A stretch of DNA of 64,000 nucleotides from Desulfatiglandales bacterium (GTDB lineage: Bacteria; Desulfobacterota; DSM-4660; Desulfatiglandales; Desulfatiglandaceae), in contig OY762721.1 of NCBI GenBank assembly GCA_963666345.1, positions 512,001-576,000 of the forward strand. Reading direction: 5' to 3'. The position numbers and the translations under genes are program-made. Shown in pieces: positions 60,801 to 64,000 of this stretch (position 1 is the first letter of the stretch; each line of letters begins with the position of its first letter). Below the pieces are notes generated by a model. The model was given only the letters and a program-made list of their open reading frames with translations. It ran no database searches and was not told the origin of the DNA.

Positions 60801-63800
60801 CGTCCGCGCCGAAGCTGTGCGGCAGGACCCCGCTCGTCGTGAACAGTTCACCTGCCACATCGCCCGGTCCTTCCGGGATTCCGCCCTCCAGGCCTTCATC
60901 GTCAAGCGTCGCAGCCGTTACGGCACCGGCGGTCGGGCCGTCATCATCAACCGTCACTGTAAAGCCGCCGTTCTGTGCGTCGCCGTCGGCATCCGTCGCG
61001 GTGAACGATACGTTGATTGTATTGTCATCCTCGGTGTCCGCTTCAGTATGCGTAAGTGCCTGGTTCAATGTGAACGTGTATTCCCCACCTTCAACAGATG
61101 GATCTACAACGATCGTCCAGGCATTATCCGCTCCGGTCAGAGTCATAGAGGCCGCATCCCACGCGGCTCCCGCAGCTGAAAGTGCAAAACCTGATCCTGC
61201 AGCAGCCGGGCCATCCGCACCAAAGGATACCCCAAGATTGCCAGAAGCCGTAACCGCCTCACCCGGCAGGTCGCCACTTTCGTAACTGTCTCCCGCGTTT
61301 CCTCCTTCAAGGCCTTCCTCATCCACTGATACGCTGGTCGGTATCCCGATTACCGGCACATCATCCGTCACAAACAGGTCGACATATACCGGAGGGCCTT
61401 CGTCACCGTCAGCGTCCTGACCGGTTATAGCCACCGTAGCAAGTATGTCCATCTGCTCGCCCTGAATCTCCTGACCCAGAAGCACGTTATCCAAAAGGGT
61501 GTAGGTATAGGTACCGTCAATGTTTACCAGCAAAGAGGCAGCTGCTGCCGTGTCGTCCGTGCCAAGGAACGTTCCGTCCTGGCCCCAGTAAACGGTTGCG
61601 CCTGCCGCAAAACTCTCTGCACCGACGCTGAAACCGACAGTTGAGCCAAAGCCGTCGGCTCCCCAGTTCACGTTATCCACTATGGTCCCGCCGACCGAGT
61701 CTACTCCTCCGTCATCCTCATCTATGCCGCCATCCATTTTCTCGTCTTCCACAGTGGCAGCTTCAAAATCAGGACCCGCAAAGTTTACGGAAGCAAGCAT
61801 CGGGCCATCAATGTAATCGATTGGGCCCTCATCATACCACATCTCAGGCATGTCATCGTCAAAGGTGACGTTAAAGGTGCCGTCAACCGCGTCCCCGTCA
61901 GCATCCGTAACCGTGTAGGTAAGGGTGGCTAAAGCGTCATTTTCAGTATTGTCGCCTTCCTCACCGTCGAGAGAGTCATGAAGCACGTTATCAAGCAATG
62001 TCACCGTATAGGCGCCTGTAGAGGGATCGGTCACCTCAACCGTGAAAAGGGCCGTGCCGTCCCTGTCACCACCGGTTATGGTCGCGGTCAGTATGCCCGC
62101 GTCCCAGCCGTATGTAACAGTTTCAGTCCCTATAAGGGCCGTATCATCGTCCATTGAGGCAAAATCAATAGCACCGGGTCCGTCCGCGCCGAAGTCATGG
62201 GGAAGGATGCCTGTTAACTGGGTCGCCTCGCCTGCCACATCACCCAAGCCGCCGGGGATTCCGTCTGACAGACCTTCGTCGTCCAGGGTTACGGAGTATT
62301 CTTCGTTCCCAAAACCACCGGTTGCAGACACAGTATCCATGGCCCCTGCAGGAAGTCCGAAAAAGGTCTCAAGCGCGCCTTCAGCCGAACCGGATGAGGT
62401 AAGCCTCGCCATAAAGCTGCCCTCAGCCGGGGTTCCCCCGCCCTCGTCATGGCTCTTTACAACAGACACATTTCCGATGCTTCCCCAGCCTGAAAGGTCA
62501 CCGCTTTCAAAGCTTTCTGCCACTACTCCGTTAACCGCCAGGTTGTCTATCAGCAGGTGCGAGTCAACCCCCGTATCGATCGTGTTCATCGCCCCGAACC
62601 CGATCTCAAGCGGACCGTCTACAGTTGCAACATGAGTGAACGTTGCCCAGCCGGTCGCGTTGAAATCACCCACCTGGCTGACATCCGCCAGTTTGGTGGC
62701 AACCCCGTCGATCACCACGAATCCGAAGTCATTAAACGGCGCGTAGTCATCAGCATCAAACGACCAGCTGAAGGTCACCTCGTCCCCCGCGTTTACATCA
62801 AGTGTGGTGCTTATGGCTGACCCGTTGGTCGCATCTGTAAAAGGTGAGTAAGGCACTTCAGTGACAGGTATGATCGGCATATCGTCCGTCACCTGAAGGG
62901 TGACATTTACCGCCTGCAGGTCACCGTCTGCGTCCTGACCGGTTATGGACACCGTGTCAAGCACGTCCGTCTGCTCGCCCTGCACGCCCTGACCCAGAAG
63001 CACGTTATCAAGAAGGGTGTAGGTGTATGTGCCGTCACTGTTAACCAGAAGCGAGGCCGCAGCTCCACTACCCGTTGTACCTTGGAACGTGCCGTCCTGA
63101 GCCCAAAAAACGGTCGTGTTCACATCAAAGCTCGCCTGACCAACGCTGAACCCTGTCGCGGAAGCAAATCCGTCCGCTCCCCAGTTCACGTTATCCACTA
63201 TAGTGCCGTCGACCGTGGCTACTCCTCCGTCATCCTCATCAATACCCCCATCCATCTTCTCGTCTTCCACGGTAACCGTGTCGGAGCCGCCTTCAACATA
63301 AAGCTCGGGCATGTCGTCCGTTACCTGAAGCGTGACATCTACCGCCTGCAGGTCACCGTCTGCGTCCTGACCGGTTATGGATACCGTATCAAGCACGTCC
63401 GTCTGCTCGCCCTGGTCGTCCTGACCAAGAAGCATGTTGTCGAGAAGCGTGTAGGTATAGGTGCCGTTACTGTTCACCAGAAGTGAGGCCGCCGCACCCT
63501 CCCCTTCGGTTCCAAGAAAATTACCGTACTCATCCCAGTACACGGTCGTGTTCACATCAAAGCTCGCCTGACCAACGCTGAACCCTGTCGCGGAAGCAAA
63601 TCCGTCCGCTCCCCAGCTCACGTTATCCACGATGGTCCCGTCAACAGAGGAAACTCCTCCGTCATCCTCATCTATGCCCCCTTCCATCTTCTCGTCTTCC
63701 ACGGTAACCGTGTCGGAGCCGCCTTCCACATAAAGTTCGGGCATGTCGTCCGTTACCTGGAGCGTGACGTTTACCGCAGGGGCTTCATCACCGTCCGCGT

Positions 63801-64000
63801 CCTGACCAACAATAGCCACAGTGTCAAGCACGTCCGTCTGCTCGCCCTGGTCGTCCTGACCCATGAGCATGTTGTCCAAAAGGGTGTAGGTGTATGTGCC
63901 GTCGCTGTTTACTATAAGCGAGGCTGCAGGAGTCGGCAGCTGATCCACAACTTCCACGGACATCATTAAGGCCGGGCCCGTGGAGGAAGCCATCAGCCCC
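57892..64000 (-). CDS. Second giant RTX/VWA adhesin B (5' end outside window, >2030 aa)
   Basis: Frame is open to the window edge. Same repeat types as adhesin A, VWA DVSGS, RTX nonapeptides, and a C-terminus closely similar to adhesin A. Confidence 0.92.
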   Translation of the reverse strand, partial: GLMASSTGPALMMSVEVVDQLPTPAASLIVNSDGTYTYTLLDNMLMGQDDQGEQTDVLDTVAIVGQDADGDEAPAVNVTLQVTDDMPELYVEGGSDTVTVEDEKMEGGIDEDDGGVSSVDGTIVDNVSWGADGFASATGFSVGQASFDVNTTVYWDEYGNFLGTEGEGAAASLLVNSNGTYTYTLLDNMLLGQDDQGEQTDVLDTVSITGQDADGDLQAVDVTLQVTDDMPELYVEGGSDTVTVEDEKMDGGIDEDDGGVATVDGTIVDNVNWGADGFASATGFSVGQASFDVNTTVFWAQDGTFQGTTGSGAAASLLVNSDGTYTYTLLDNVLLGQGVQGEQTDVLDTVSITGQDADGDLQAVNVTLQVTDDMPIIPVTEVPYSPFTDATNGSAISTTLDVNAGDEVTFSWSFDADDYAPFNDFGFVVIDGVATKLADVSQVGDFNATGWATFTHVATVDGPLEIGFGAMNTIDTGVDSHLLIDNLAVNGVVAESFESGDLSGWGSIGNVSVVKSHDEGGGTPAEGSFMARLTSSGSAEGALETFFGLPAGAMDTVSATGGFGNEEYSVTLDDEGLSDGIPGGLGDVAGEATQLTGILPHDFGADGPGAIDFASMDDDTALIGTETVTYGWDAGILTATITGGDRDGTALFTVEVTDPSTGAYTVTLLDNVLHDSLDGEEGDNTENDALATLTYTVTDADGDAVDGTFNVTFDDDMPEMWYDEGPIDYIDGPMLASVNFAGPDFEAATVEDEKMDGGIDEDDGGVDSVGGTIVDNVNWGADGFGSTVGFSVGAESFAAGATVYWGQDGTFLGTDDTAAAASLLVNIDGTYTYTLLDNVLLGQEIQGEQMDILATVAITGQDADGDEGPPVYVDLFVTDDVPVIGIPTSVSVDEEGLEGGNAGDSYESGDLPGEAVTASGNLGVSFGADGPAAAGSGFALSAAGAAWDAASMTLTGADNAWTIVVDPSVEGGEYTFTLNQALTHTEADTEDDNTINVSFTATDADGDAQNGGFTVTVDDDGPTAGAVTAATLDDEGLEGGIPEGPGDVAGELFTTSGVLPHSFGADGAGDIDFASMDGDTATVGTETVTYGWDAGTDTLTATITGGDRDGTDLFQVEVTDPSTGAYTVTLLDNVLHDPPELLDPQQISVNTGNTDLGSGMAAGDMVKVTVAVPEDPDAALNFNSNESGDGTAFGITSDVDGSASYSNEINYLGQDGNSSDTTSEVMTFELQNGAGEAADGMIATTATVDINVFYSTESGVGNEVGAYELYNNGNLVQAATTFTADSTGGDFQLVITGPEGGFDEIRFSARTGSDDTSGDDSSDYNVKQITFDLGTPEAPYENDAEVQLTYTVTDADGDAVDGTFGITFDDDMPVAQDVSSEETSSFETDTNLIITLDVSGSMGDQSGVDGLTRLELAKTSINELFEQYDALGDVSVKLIAFNGSAWEAGSDDDRWLSIDEAKAALMSLNAGGGTDYKDAVAAVESAYADPGTIPGAQSVSYFISDGKPSSGQGIDSSDEAAWESFLDSNDIRSYAMGMGENVDEDDLNPLAYDGASGSEIPAVVVTDLSQLSTILANTAYALPLSGYLGSGTSAEFGADGGHVQSIIVDGVTYFYEEGNPVQTIDIGSGGTIELDFDTGEYTYTPPAIITGAISEDFDYTLIDNDGDTDGATLHIGIDPGNGPLVVRDDNVIARYSSNGTVEIPDWALLANDTPPDGVDQAITGIDSSDGADSVTLSPDSVSFDDDGTSGGSFVYTNSAGSQSDTGNVTVTRDGSGGINGTWQDEILIDNNSGHTLSGNEGNDILIGNGGNDDLFGGHGDDILAGGAGSDWLNGQGGDDILAGGTEDDVLFGGQGNDYLAGGAGNDWLDGQGGNDTASYADAGSSVNVDLDNGGWQNTGGSGWDHLNSIENLTGSDYDDTLSGNNGANVLDGGAGDDTLTGDGGADTFRAGEGHDTIMDYDQAEGDLVDFTHIAGLDHYGVRADGDDAELVLYDDTNTELGSVTFDDIGYGDLTVGDELDSLLGQVDVDPEDPTT
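62882..63925 (-). repeat. 432-bp (144 aa) tandem repeats in adhesin B, about 2.4 copies visible
   Basis: TCGTCCGT.ACCTG recurs at 62882, 63314 and 63746; the copies are similar but not identical. Confidence 0.85.

Overview
Chromosomal region of a Gram-negative bacterium. Gene content and style suggest a Desulfobacterota/deltaproteobacterium (inference). Left part (1-15 kb): two c-di-GMP enzymes (REC-HD-GYP, HDOD-GGDEF), a thioesterase, and a CxxU Rdx/SelW-type selenoprotein that the ORF track misses. It also holds an XRE-cupin + acyl-CoA synthetase operon with a structured 5' leader, a ModF-like ATPase, RidA, and a TetR-controlled TolC/HlyD/ABC-2 efflux module. Middle part (15-32 kb): a lipid A/LPS core cluster (lpxC behind a sigma54 promoter, DUF4390, ntrY-like kinase, waaA, lpxK, lpxL, waaF, gmhB, waaC, Trm112-like), mltA, a decayed four-helix-bundle element with terminal inverted repeats, glyQS and pcm. 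Right part (32-64 kb): a complete Lap-type c-di-GMP-controlled adhesion system (lapE, lapG, lapD, lapB, lapC, LuxR regulator), a repeat-bounded toxin-antitoxin patch, and two tandem giant RTX/VWA adhesins. The first is 4938 aa with a TAAG retention module and 8 near-identical 753-bp repeats; the second is truncated by the window edge. No rRNA, tRNA or CRISPR array was seen. Family assignments come from motif recognition only; no database searches were run.
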